In this document: piece by piece, positions 12,790 to 21,707 of the stretch | Position numbering within the stretch: the stretch's first letter is position 1 | Layout of the letters: every line of letters begins with the position of its first letter | Assembly (NCBI RefSeq): GCF_000195955.2 | Contig: NC_000962.3 | Span: 4,290,001 to 4,322,000, forward strand | Direction of reading: 5' to 3' | Length of the DNA stretch: 32,000 nucleotides | Source of the DNA: Mycobacterium tuberculosis H37Rv | GTDB lineage: Bacteria; Actinomycetota; Actinomycetes; Mycobacteriales; Mycobacteriaceae | Position numbers and translations under genes: made by a program | The notes under the pieces: model-generated | Told to the model about the DNA's origin: nothing | The model's database searches: none | The model's input: the letters and a program-made list of their open reading frames with translations, nothing else

Positions 12790-13440
12790 GCTGCCTCCGC
12801 GTCCCCGACCGCAGCAGCAAGGGCACGCTTGGCCCCGTTCTGTGCAGCGCGTTCACCATAGAGCCGAGCACACATCGAGGTCAGGATCTCGGTCATATCG
12901 CCCACCAGGTCGTCATCAACCTCAGCCAAGTCGACCACCACCAATTCCCGGCCCTGGGCGACAAGAGCGGCCTCGACGTACTCAGAGCCAAACCAGCAGA
13001 ACCGATCCCGGTGCTCCACCACGATCCGCGTCACCACCGGATCACCCAGCAGCGCAAAAAACTTACGGCGATGTCCATTCAACGCCCAACCACCCTCGGC
13101 CACCACCTTGTCGACAGAGAGATGTTGCGATGTGGCCCACGCGGTCACCCGCGCGACCCGCCGATCCAGATCGGACCTCTGATCCGCTGACGATACCCGC
13201 GCGTACACCAACGTCCGCCCGCGCCCAGACTCCTCGACTGCCGGATCGTTCACCAGAATGAGCCGACCCACTCGCTGCGCCGGAACCGGCAACAGCCCGG
13301 CTCGAAACCAGCGATACGCGATCACCCACGCAACACCGTTGCGCTCCGCCCACACCGCCAAATTCATCCATCTGTTCCTACAGCACACCACCGACAACTA
13401 CCGACCACTCAAAACGCAACAGTTGGCAGCCCTACGATCG
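11567..13440 (-). mobile_element. IS607-family insertion sequence (IS1537-like): serine recombinase plus TnpB, limits approximate
   Basis: Overlapping (ATGA) recombinase and tnpB genes filling the space between the fadD23 stop and the oxidoreductase 3' end. No terminal inverted repeats seen, as expected for IS607. Exact ends not determinable by eye. Confidence 0.75.
12786..13367 (-). CDS. IS607-family serine recombinase/resolvase with N-terminal MerR-like HTH
   Basis: MNLAVWAERNGVAWVIAYRWFRAGLLPVPAQRVGRLILV (HTH) then LVYARVSSADQRSDLDRR (catalytic Ser region). The supplied ORF opens at 13397, but the ATG at 13367 matches the usual family start. Confidence 0.85.
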   Translation of the reverse strand: MNLAVWAERNGVAWVIAYRWFRAGLLPVPAQRVGRLILVNDPAVEESGRGRTLVYARVSSADQRSDLDRRVARVTAWATSQHLSVDKVVAEGGWALNGHRRKFFALLGDPVVTRIVVEHRDRFCWFGSEYVEAALVAQGRELVVVDLAEVDDDLVGDMTEILTSMCARLYGERAAQNGAKRALAAAVGDAEAA

Positions 13441-15008
13441 GCCAGCGCCTGACGGGCGGCGTTATATCCAGGGATGAACGTGATTCCCGGCCCACCGTGA
13501 CAACCGGCACTGCCCAGGTACAACCCGGCTATCGGGATCGGCTGGCCGATAAAGCCTTTCGGGCCAGGCCTGTTGGGGCCGATCTGGTCCGAGTGCAGCA
13601 GGGCATGGCAGTAGTCCCCACCCGGGGCACCGAACATCACACCCATGTGTTTGGGGGTAAAGGTGGTGTACCGGAGAATGCTGCCTTTGAAGTTCGGTGC
13701 CAACCTAGTGATCTTGTCGATCACGTTCTGCCCCATTTCGACCTTTGCCCGGCCGTACCCTCCGTATTTTGAGCCACCCTCGATCGGGAACCACATTGCG
13801 AACGCCGACGCGGCCTGCTTACCCGCCGGGGCCAGGCTGGGATCATGCAGCGACGGGATCTGCAACACCACGGTCGGATCGGCCGGGACGATCCCACGCC
13901 GGCAATCCTCCCACTGCTGCTGAACCTGCTCCGGTGTACAGAAAATGCCCATCGATGCCTGCATGCTCGGATCGTTGAGTGCCTGGTAGGGCGCCGCGAA
14001 GGCCGGTGGCTGCGCGAGCGCAAAATGCATCTGCAGATAGCTGCCGCGGTGGTCGATGCGCAAATAGCGATCGCGGATTTCCGACGGCAACACTGCCGGA
14101 TCGATCAGCTCGTTGATGGTGACGTCGGGTGCTATGGCGGAGACCACGATCGGGGAGGTCAAGGTGTCCCCCGCCGCGGTGCGCACGCCCCGCACGCGGG
14201 CTGACGACCGACTATTGTCAACCACGATCTCGGTCACCTTGGAACGTAACCGGACCTCGCCGCCGGTGCGTTCCAGCAATTGCGACAGATGGGTGGTAAG
14301 CGCGCCGATGCCACCGCGCAATTTCTTCCACCGCACGAAGTCGCCCTCCGGGACACCCAATCCGAAGGCGAGCGCGGCAGCGCTGCCCGGTGTGGCCGGC
14401 CCGCGATAGAGCGTGTTCACGGCCAGCACGGTCATCGACCCGCGCAGGGCGCCGTGCTTCTCGCGGTCCGGGAAATGGCGGTCCAACACGTCGGTGACCG
14501 ATCCGAACAGCATGTCATCGATCGCTGACCGTTCGAATTCATTTGTGGCACAGGCATACATCTCGTCGAAGCTCTTGGGCAGAGTTCCGGCTTCGAAACG
14601 CCCCAGCGCCCGGGTCGGCGCCTGGCTCCACGCCAGCAGGCCCGCCATCCCGGTGACGGCGTCTGCCCCGTGCACCCGATGGAGGTGGGTAAGCATCTTC
14701 GTCGGGTCGGTGAATTGGACCACCGGATCGTCCCCGACACCGCGCAACGCTACCGACATCACCTCCAGATCGACCGTCGGCAAGCTGTCCAGGCCTAACT
14801 CGCTGCTGACCGCCGAGGAGGTCGGGAACTGCACCGATCCGGCGATCTCGAACCGGTACCCGTCGAACAGCTCCACCGTGGAGGCCATCCCGCCGGCGTA
14901 GCGCTTAGCGTCCAGACACGCGGTCCGCAGTCCGGCTCGCTGCAGCAGCACTGCCGCGGTCAGCCCGTTGTGCCCGGCGCCGATAACTATCGCGTCATAA
15001 CCAGTCAT
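13398..15008 (-). CDS. FAD-dependent oxidoreductase (phytoene desaturase-like)
   Basis: 536 aa from the internal start MTGYDAIVIGAGHNGLTAAVLLQRAG (dinucleotide-binding GxGxxG); C-terminal CHGGPGITFIPGYNAARQAL. The ORF track extends 5 codons upstream (15023). Confidence 0.9.
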   Translation of the reverse strand: MTGYDAIVIGAGHNGLTAAVLLQRAGLRTACLDAKRYAGGMASTVELFDGYRFEIAGSVQFPTSSAVSSELGLDSLPTVDLEVMSVALRGVGDDPVVQFTDPTKMLTHLHRVHGADAVTGMAGLLAWSQAPTRALGRFEAGTLPKSFDEMYACATNEFERSAIDDMLFGSVTDVLDRHFPDREKHGALRGSMTVLAVNTLYRGPATPGSAAALAFGLGVPEGDFVRWKKLRGGIGALTTHLSQLLERTGGEVRLRSKVTEIVVDNSRSSARVRGVRTAAGDTLTSPIVVSAIAPDVTINELIDPAVLPSEIRDRYLRIDHRGSYLQMHFALAQPPAFAAPYQALNDPSMQASMGIFCTPEQVQQQWEDCRRGIVPADPTVVLQIPSLHDPSLAPAGKQAASAFAMWFPIEGGSKYGGYGRAKVEMGQNVIDKITRLAPNFKGSILRYTTFTPKHMGVMFGAPGGDYCHALLHSDQIGPNRPGPKGFIGQPIPIAGLYLGSAGCHGGPGITFIPGYNAARQALADRRAANCCVLSGR

Positions 15009-15046
15009 ACGCGTCTCCAGCAATGCAGGCTCGCACGCGCTCGATG

Positions 15047-15066
15047 TTTTGTCAATTATGACGAAA
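15047..15066. promoter_or_regulatory. Candidate TetR operator A
   Basis: Near-perfect 20-bp palindrome TTTTGTCA-ATTA-TGACGAAA (7 of 8 arm pairs), just upstream of the oxidoreductase and covering the TetR stop codon. Confidence 0.55.
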
Positions 15067-15685
15067 CTGTGAGGGTGGTCCAGGTGTCGGAGATGCCGAC
15101 GCGCAGCGACTCCAGTGCGACGTGGCAGACCCGCGCCAGCTCCCCGAGCGACCGGTCACTCCCAAGCATCCAGGCTTCCATCGCGCCGAACACCGCCGCG
15201 GCGACGCATCGTGCGGTGACGGCGATGTGCAATCGGGCATCGGGTGCACCCGCGATATCGCAGTTACGTCGCCGCAATTGGGCCTGGATGGCATCGGCGA
15301 AGTCGGCTTCCACCTCGCGCATATGGCGGACGATCCGGCTCGGCTCCAACTCGCCGCGCCGCAACGACGCAATCTTCGTCACTGCGTCAACGTCATAAGG
15401 AAACGAGAAGATAGCCGCTTGCACGGAATCGATGATCGATTCGTCGGCCGGTCTAGCATCCAGCGCCGCGCGAAACCAGTGCAGTCCGGCGTCGTAGTCG
15501 GCAAACAGCAAATCGTGCTTGGATCTGAAGTGGCGATAGAAAGTACGCAGCGACACCCCGGCGTCCTCCGCAATCTGCTCGGCTGAGGTAGCCTCGACGC
15601 CCTGGGCCAGAAATCGCACCAGGGCGGCCTGGCGCAGTGCCTCGCGAGTGCGTTCGCTGCGCGCCGTCTGCGGGGGCCGGACCAT
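15056..15685 (-). CDS. TetR-family transcriptional regulator
   Basis: 209 aa; N-terminal TREALRQAALVRFLAQGVEATSAEQIAEDAGVSLRTFYRHFRSKHDLL. Confidence 0.93.
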   Translation of the reverse strand: MVRPPQTARSERTREALRQAALVRFLAQGVEATSAEQIAEDAGVSLRTFYRHFRSKHDLLFADYDAGLHWFRAALDARPADESIIDSVQAAIFSFPYDVDAVTKIASLRRGELEPSRIVRHMREVEADFADAIQAQLRRRNCDIAGAPDARLHIAVTARCVAAAVFGAMEAWMLGSDRSLGELARVCHVALESLRVGISDTWTTLTVSS

Positions 15686-15710
15686 GACTGCAAGCTATCG
15701 TCAATTTTCG

Positions 15711-15730
15711 TTCTGTCAACATTGACAAAA
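15711..15730. promoter_or_regulatory. Candidate TetR operator B
   Basis: TTCTGTCA-ACAT-TGACAAAA in the 71-bp divergent intergenic region; 15 of 20 bases identical to operator A. Its core TGTCAACATTGACA (15714-15727) contains a perfect 6+2+6 inverted repeat. Confidence 0.6.
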
Positions 15731-15756
15731 CTGTTGGCCACGGCGAGACTGCGCGC

Positions 15757-16239
15757 ATGGTGTCGCTTCTTGTTCACGCTGCGCTGGGAGTAGTCGTCAT
15801 CGGCTGGATCGTCTCGTCGAACCCGAAGGTTTTCACCAGGCCGGCCGGCGGATCGTGGTTCTCGCTGCCGGAGTGTGTGTACTACGTCGTCGGTATTGCC
15901 TCGATCGCGCTGGGGTGGTACTTCAACATTCGTTTTGTGCAGCAGTACGCGCACGGAGCCGCCAACCCTCTCTGGGGTCCCGGCAGCTGGGCGGAGTACG
16001 TCCGGCTGATGTTCACCAACCCGGCGGCCAGTTCGGCCGGCCAGGACTACACCATTGCCAACGTGATCCTGCTGCCGCTGTTTTCCACCACCGACGGCTA
16101 CCGACGTGGTCTGCGGCGGCCCTGGCTGTATTTCGTGAGCAGCCTGTTCACCAGCTTTGCATTCGCGTTCGCGTTCTACTTCGCCACCATCGAACGTCAG
16201 CACCGACACGAACGTTCCCGTGCGACGGTCGGCGCCTAG
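15757..16239 (+). CDS. Conserved membrane protein
   Basis: 160 aa with several hydrophobic segments (LLVHAALGVVVIGWIVSS, CVYYVVGIASIALGWYF, LYFVSSLFTSFAFAFAFYF). Confidence 0.8.
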   Translation: MVSLLVHAALGVVVIGWIVSSNPKVFTRPAGGSWFSLPECVYYVVGIASIALGWYFNIRFVQQYAHGAANPLWGPGSWAEYVRLMFTNPAASSAGQDYTIANVILLPLFSTTDGYRRGLRRPWLYFVSSLFTSFAFAFAFYFATIERQHRHERSRATVGA

Positions 16240-16823
16240 GCGGCGACTGGCTTGGTGGCCCGCCACCTCAGGCGAGCGCCCGCGACATCGACGTGGATAT
16301 CAGTGAATCCCACAGCTCGCAGCCGACCGGGGAGGTCCGCCGGGGCGATCGGAGTGTAGGTGTCGGCGATGTGTATTAGGCGAAACGGCAGCGACGGCAC
16401 ACCGTCGCTGCCGGCAAAGACGCCACCTGGTTGCAGCACCCGGTACGCCTCAGCGAATAGCTGGTCCTGCAGTTGGGCGCTGGCAACATGGTGCAGCATC
16501 GTGAAACACACCACGGACGTGAAGTGATCATCGGGCAGCCCGGTCTGGGTGCCATCGCCGCGGATGATGCGCGCCCGCTGGCCGTAGCGGCGGTTCAGGC
16601 GCTCGACCATCGAGTTGTCGACTTCAACGGCGGTGAGCGAGGCGGTCAGGCCAAGGAGCGCTTGCAGTGTCGCCCCATAACCGGGGCCGATCTCCAGCGT
16701 CCGGGGGCCGAGTTCGACGTGCTGCAACGCCCAGGGCAGGAGCTGATTGGCCACCGCTTTTTCCCAGCCTGCCGAGCTGCAATGACGCCGATGTAGAAGA
16801 TTCATGGCCATGGCCCAGAACAC
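16236..16823 (-). CDS. SAM-dependent methyltransferase
   Basis: Motif I RTLEIGPGYGATLQALL and downstream VVCFTMLHHVASAQLQDQLFAEAYRVLQPGG. The start may be internal (MAMNLL or MNLL). Confidence 0.85.
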   Translation of the reverse strand: MFWAMAMNLLHRRHCSSAGWEKAVANQLLPWALQHVELGPRTLEIGPGYGATLQALLGLTASLTAVEVDNSMVERLNRRYGQRARIIRGDGTQTGLPDDHFTSVVCFTMLHHVASAQLQDQLFAEAYRVLQPGGVFAGSDGVPSLPFRLIHIADTYTPIAPADLPGRLRAVGFTDIHVDVAGARLRWRATKPVAA

Positions 16824-16866
16824 TAGTTAGCCACCGGCCGGCAGTCTTCCGATATTCTGCCTTAAT

Positions 16867-17658
16867 ATGTCGGAAAACAGCCACCACAGGCTGGCCACAA
16901 CCTCGTTGACGCTCCCGCCGGGAGCGCGGATCGAACGCCACCGCCATCCGTCACACCAGATCGTCTATCCGTCCGCAGGGGCGGTCTCGGTCACCACTCA
17001 CGCGGGAACCTGGATTACGCCGGTAAATCGGGCAATCTGGATACCGGCGGGCTGTTGGCACCAACACAAGTTCCACGGCCACACGCAATTTCACGGCGTA
17101 GCGCTGGATCCGCAGCGCTATCGCGGCGGCCCGGCAACCCCGACGGTGCTCGCGGTCAATCCGTTGATGCGCGAACTCGTCATCGCGTGTTCGCAGGCCG
17201 ACCGAACCGACACCGACGAGCACCACCGGATGTTGGCCGTACTGCAGGATCAACTGCCAACAACGAGCATCCGCGAGCCACTGTGGGTTCCCTCACCAAC
17301 CGATCGCCGGTTGCGGCACGCGTGCGCGTTGATCGCCGACAACCTGACCCAGCCCTTGACGCTGCAGCAGATCGGCGGCCGGATCGGTGTCAGCCAGCGC
17401 ACGCTGAGCCGTCTGTTCAGCGACGAGCTGGGTATGACGTTCCCGCAATGGCGCACCCAGCTGCGCCTGCAACATGCGCTCGTGTTGCTCGCCGAGCGCC
17501 ACGACGTCACGTCCGTGGCGTCCGAATGCGGTTGGGCCACACCAAGCGCGTTCATTGACACCTACCGACAAGCCTTCGGACACACTCCCGGCCAAGCCGC
17601 TAAGCCAATGGCGGCGACCCGCCTCACCCGGCTCCGCCGCGCTCGCGATCGCCGCTAA
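16867..17658 (+). CDS. AraC-family transcriptional regulator (cupin plus AraC HTH)
   Basis: 263 aa; cupin-like [23 protein letters not shown] and C-terminal [41 protein letters not shown]. Confidence 0.93.
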
Positions 17659-18914
17659 GCGACCGGCTCCAGCACTTCGACACCCACGAACGGAACCAGT
17701 GCGTCCGGGACTCTAACGCTGCCGTCGGGCCGCTGGTGGTTCTCCAGGATCGCAACCAGCCACCGGGTGGTGGCCAGCGTTCCGTTGAGGGTGGCCGCGA
17801 TCTGCGGCTTGCCGCTGGCATCCCGGTAGCGGGTCGCCAACCGGCGCGCCTGAAAGGTGGTGCAGTTCGACGTCGACGTCAGCTCGCGATAGGCCCCCTG
17901 CGTCGGAATCCACGCCTCGCAGTCGAACTTGCGGGCGGCCGACGAGCCGAGATCACCCGCGGCCACGTCGATGACCCGATACGGCACCTCGATGCGTGCC
18001 AGCATCTGGCGCTGCCAGCCCAGCAGCCGCTCATGTTCGTGCTCCGCGTCGGCCGGTGTGCAGTAGACGAAGCCCTCGACTTTGTCGAACTGGTGCACCC
18101 GGATGATGCCGCGCGTGTCCTTGCCATGGCTGCCGGCCTCACGTCGGAAACACGACGACCAGCCCGCATACCGCAGCGGCCCGCGGGAAAGGTCCAGAAT
18201 CTCGCCGGAGTGATACCCCGCCAGCGGTACCTCGGAGGTGCCCACAAGGTAGAGGCCGTCGCCCTCTACCCGGTACACCTCCTCGGCGTGGGCGCCTAGA
18301 AATCCCGTGCCTACCATCACTTCCGGGCGCACCAGCACCGGCGGGATCGTAGGGACAAAGCCGTTGTCGACGGCTAGCTTCAGCGCCAGCTGCAGCAATC
18401 CAAGCTGCAGTAGGGCACCCCGACCGGTCAGGAAGTAGAACCGTGAACCCGACACCTTGGCGCCGCGCTGCATGTCGATCAGGCCCAGCGACTCGCCGAG
18501 CTCCAGGTGGTCCTTGGGGTTCTCGAGGTAGCTGGGCTCGCCGACGACGTCGAGCACCGCGTAGTCGTCCTCCCCGCCGGCGGGTACCCCGTCCACGATG
18601 ACATTCGAGATCGCCAGGTGCGCCGCGGTGAACGCCGCCTCCGCTTCGACCTCGTCGGCCTCAGCGGCTTTGACCTGCTCGGCGAGTTCCTTCGCGCGCC
18701 GCAGCAGCGGCGGGCGCTCTTCGGGAGACGCGCCACCCACGCTTTTGCTGGCGGCTTTCTGCTCGGCCCGTAACGAATCGGCGGTCGAGATCACGGCCCG
18801 GCGGGCGGCGTCGGCCGTCAGCAGGGCATCTACCAGCGCCGGGTCCTCGCCGCGGCTGAGTTGTGAGCGGCGTACCGCGTCGGGGTTTTCACGAAGCAGC
18901 TTCAGGTCGATCAC
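17655..18914 (-). CDS. serS: Seryl-tRNA synthetase
   Basis: 419 aa; [23 protein letters not shown]-terminus, coiled-coil arm, class II motifs [30 protein letters not shown] and [24 protein letters not shown]. Confidence 0.97.
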
Positions 18915-19046
18915 GGCCGCAAGACTACTTTTGACGCCCAGTCAGGGTGGCGGCAGAGGACCATCCACCCGCGATGAAGCGATCCCGCAAGCTGACAACT
19001 GCAACATTGGTCATGCGGCCCCGCCGACCCTGTCAGAATGGAGCGG

Positions 19047-20396
19047 ATGTTGGACGCGCCCGAGCAGGACCCCGTCGATCCCGGCGACCCGGCCAGCCCC
19101 CCGCACGGGGAGGCGGAACAGCCGCTGCCCGGGCCTCGGTGGCCACGCGCCCTGCGCGCGTCGGCGACCCGGCGAGCGCTACTCCTCACCGCTTTGGGTG
19201 GCCTGCTGATTGCCGGGCTGGTCACCGCGATTCCCGCCGTCGGCCGCGCGCCGGAGCGGCTGGCCGGCTACATCGCCAGCAATCCGGTGCCCAGCACTGG
19301 CGCCAAGATCAACGCTTCGTTCAACCGCGTCGCCAGTGGTGACTGCTTGATGTGGCCGGACGGCACGCCGGAGTCTGCCGCCATCGTCAGCTGTGCCGAC
19401 GAGCACCGGTTCGAAGTCGCCGAGTCCATTGACATGCGGACATTCCCCGGCATGGAGTACGGGCAAAACGCTGCTCCCCCGTCGCCCGCCCGCATTCAGC
19501 AGATCAGCGAGGAGCAGTGCGAAGCTGCTGTGCGCCGCTACCTCGGCACGAAGTTCGATCCCAACAGCAAGTTCACCATCAGCATGCTGTGGCCCGGCGA
19601 CCGGGCGTGGCGGCAGGCCGGTGAGCGCCGCATGCTCTGTGGCTTGCAGTCGCCCGGTCCGAACAACCAGCAGCTCGCCTTCAAGGGCAAGGTCGCCGAC
19701 ATCGACCAGTCCAAGGTCTGGCCGGCCGGTACCTGCCTGGGCATCGATGCCACCACCAACCAGCCGATCGACGTGCCGGTGGACTGCGCGGCACCGCACG
19801 CGATGGAGGTATCCGGCACGGTCAACCTGGCCGAGAGGTTTCCCGACGCGCTGCCGAGCGAACCCGAGCAGGACGGGTTCATCAAGGACGCGTGCACCCG
19901 GATGACGGACGCCTACCTCGCACCCCTCAAGTTGCGTACCACCACCCTGACGCTGATCTACCCCACGCTGACGCTGCCCAGCTGGTCGGCGGGTAGCCGC
20001 GTGGTCGCATGCAGTATCGGCGCGACCCTGGGCAACGGGGGGTGGGCAACCCTGGTGAACAGCGCTAAGGGGGCGCTGCTGATCAACGGCCAGCCGCCGG
20101 TACCCCCACCCGACATTCCCGAGGAGCGGCTCAACCTGCCGCCGATTCCGCTTCAGCTGCCAACGCCTCGGCCCGCCCCCCCGGCTCAGCAGCTGCCAAG
20201 TACCCCACCAGGCACTCAGCACCTCCCTGCCCAACAGCCAGTGGTTACGCCCACCCGGCCACCCGAATCGCATGCGCCAGCGTCGGCAGCACCGGCCGAG
20301 ACCCAGCCACCGCCACCAGACGCCGGAGCGCCGCCGGCGACCCAATCACCAGAGGCCACACCGCCTGGCCCCGCCGAGCCCGCACCGGCAGGCTAG
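19047..20396 (+). CDS. Septum-formation-domain-like membrane protein with Pro-rich C-terminus
   Basis: N-terminal TM RALLLTALGGLLIAGLVTAIPAVG; two GDC..W/GTC..I-type Cys segments (ASGDCLMWPDG...IVSCADEHRFEVAE; WPAGTCLGIDATT...VDCAAPHAMEVSG); Pro/Ala-rich tail. The track start at 19038 gives 3 extra residues. Confidence 0.8.
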   Translation: MLDAPEQDPVDPGDPASPPHGEAEQPLPGPRWPRALRASATRRALLLTALGGLLIAGLVTAIPAVGRAPERLAGYIASNPVPSTGAKINASFNRVASGDCLMWPDGTPESAAIVSCADEHRFEVAESIDMRTFPGMEYGQNAAPPSPARIQQISEEQCEAAVRRYLGTKFDPNSKFTISMLWPGDRAWRQAGERRMLCGLQSPGPNNQQLAFKGKVADIDQSKVWPAGTCLGIDATTNQPIDVPVDCAAPHAMEVSGTVNLAERFPDALPSEPEQDGFIKDACTRMTDAYLAPLKLRTTTLTLIYPTLTLPSWSAGSRVVACSIGATLGNGGWATLVNSAKGALLINGQPPVPPPDIPEERLNLPPIPLQLPTPRPAPPAQQLPSTPPGTQHLPAQQPVVTPTRPPESHAPASAAPAETQPPPPDAGAPPATQSPEATPPGPAEPAPAG

Positions 20397-20400
20397 CCGG

Positions 20401-20814
20401 GTGACAGTACGGATGGACCCGCAGCGGTTCGACGAACTGGTGTCCGACGCACTCGACCTCATTCCGCCCGAACTGGCGGACGCCATGGACAACGTCGTCG
20501 TGTTAGTCGCCAATCGCCACCCCCAGCACGAAAATCTGCTCGGCCAGTACGAAGGGGTCGCGTTAACCGAGCGCGGCTCCGACTACGCCGGATCGCTGCC
20601 TGATGCCATCACGATCTACCGCGAGGCGCTGCTGGACGCCTGCGACTCTGAGGATGAGGTCGTCGACCAGGTCGCCATCACGGTGATCCATGAGGTCGCC
20701 CATCACTTCGGCATCGACGACGAGCGCTTGGACCAACTGGGCTGGCGTGACGAACCAGCGCCCGGGCGCGGCAACCCGGATTTGTCGGCACCCGATGCTA
20801 TGAACGGCCCATGA
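20401..20814 (+). CDS. Small zincin-like metallopeptidase family protein
   Basis: GTG start at 20401 gives 137 aa; MDPQRFDELVSDALDLIPPELADAMDNVVVLV and HExxH motif VIHEVAHHFGIDDERL. Confidence 0.85.
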   Translation: MTVRMDPQRFDELVSDALDLIPPELADAMDNVVVLVANRHPQHENLLGQYEGVALTERGSDYAGSLPDAITIYREALLDACDSEDEVVDQVAITVIHEVAHHFGIDDERLDQLGWRDEPAPGRGNPDLSAPDAMNGP

Positions 20815-21032
20815 GCACGGACTGCCGCGACTGCCGGGCGGGCTTGGATCACTGCCACGGCACCGTCATTCGTCATCCCTTGGCACGGCCGGAATGCACC
20901 GAGCCGGACTGTGTCAGCCCCGAGCTGCAACCCCATATCTTCGTCCTAGACTGCAATGCCGTCAGCTGCGAATGCACTGAATCGGCCACGGCGCCCGGGT
21001 CCTTCAGATCAGCCCATCGGGTCGGTGCTTGA
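20811..21032 (+). CDS. Small Cys/His-rich protein, possible unannotated gene
   Basis: 73-aa ORF whose ATG overlaps the preceding TGA (ATGA). MSTDCRDCRAGLDHCHGTVIRHPLARPECTEPDCVSPELQPHIFVLDCNAVSCECTE has nine cysteines. Confidence 0.6.
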   Translation: MSTDCRDCRAGLDHCHGTVIRHPLARPECTEPDCVSPELQPHIFVLDCNAVSCECTESATAPGSFRSAHRVGA

Positions 21033-21707
21033 CGTCACCGCGTGTGTGACCGGGCTGGCTGCGGCTTCAGCGGGGTCCGGACAAAACGGCGGCTTCCGGA
21101 GGCCCCACTGCACACAACTCCATCGCCCATCGGTTATCGGGGCCAGCACCACCGACTCGACGTTTTCCAAGTGGTTGTCCAACACAAAGTTGCCGTCCAC
21201 CCCGGCAAGCACCGCGGCGGCCAGCCGGATCGCCGCGCTGTGGCTCACGACGACGATGTCGCCGTCCCAGTCACCGTCGTCGAGGTAACGCATGCGCAGG
21301 TCGGCGAGCACCGGCAGATAACGATCCAGGACGTCGTTGGCGGTCTCGCCACCGGGCAGCGGCACATCCAACTCCCCGCGATGCCAGCGGCTGTAGGTGG
21401 CGTTGAACTCGGCGACCGCCTCGTCGTCGTTGCGGTTTTCCAGCTCCCCTACCTGTACCTCGTGAATGCCGGCAACCTCGTGGGCCACCATGTCGAGTTC
21501 GGCAGCGACCACCGCGGCCGTCTGGTAGGCCCGGATAGCCACCGAGTGTGCGAGCAGTGCCGGCCGGCGACAACCGCTGCGCGCGAACGCCCTGGCCTGA
21601 TCACGACCCAGCGGTGTCAGCGCCGTTCCCGGCGGCAGGGTATCCAACCTGCGCTCGACGTTGCCATAGGACTGGCCGTGCCGCAGCAGCACCAAACGAC
21701 CGCTCAT
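21009..21707 (-). CDS. Phosphoglycerate mutase-family (histidine phosphatase) protein
   Basis: 232 aa; MSGRLVLLRHGQSYGNVERRLDT (RHG motif) and VVSHSAAIRL. Confidence 0.9.
   Translation of the reverse strand: MSGRLVLLRHGQSYGNVERRLDTLPPGTALTPLGRDQARAFARSGCRRPALLAHSVAIRAYQTAAVVAAELDMVAHEVAGIHEVQVGELENRNDDEAVAEFNATYSRWHRGELDVPLPGGETANDVLDRYLPVLADLRMRYLDDGDWDGDIVVVSHSAAIRLAAAVLAGVDGNFVLDNHLENVESVVLAPITDGRWSCVQWGLRKPPFCPDPAEAAASPVTHAVTSSTDPMG

Noticed and set aside
3225-13440. Treating the PKS/acyltransferase/transporter cluster as a novel biosynthetic system
   Set aside because: Gene content and order match the known sulfolipid-1 locus (mmpL8-papA1-pks2-fadD23).
19179-20345. 388-aa minus-strand ORF
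   Set aside because: Fully antisense to the septum-formation-like gene; Arg/Gly-rich with no recognisable domain.
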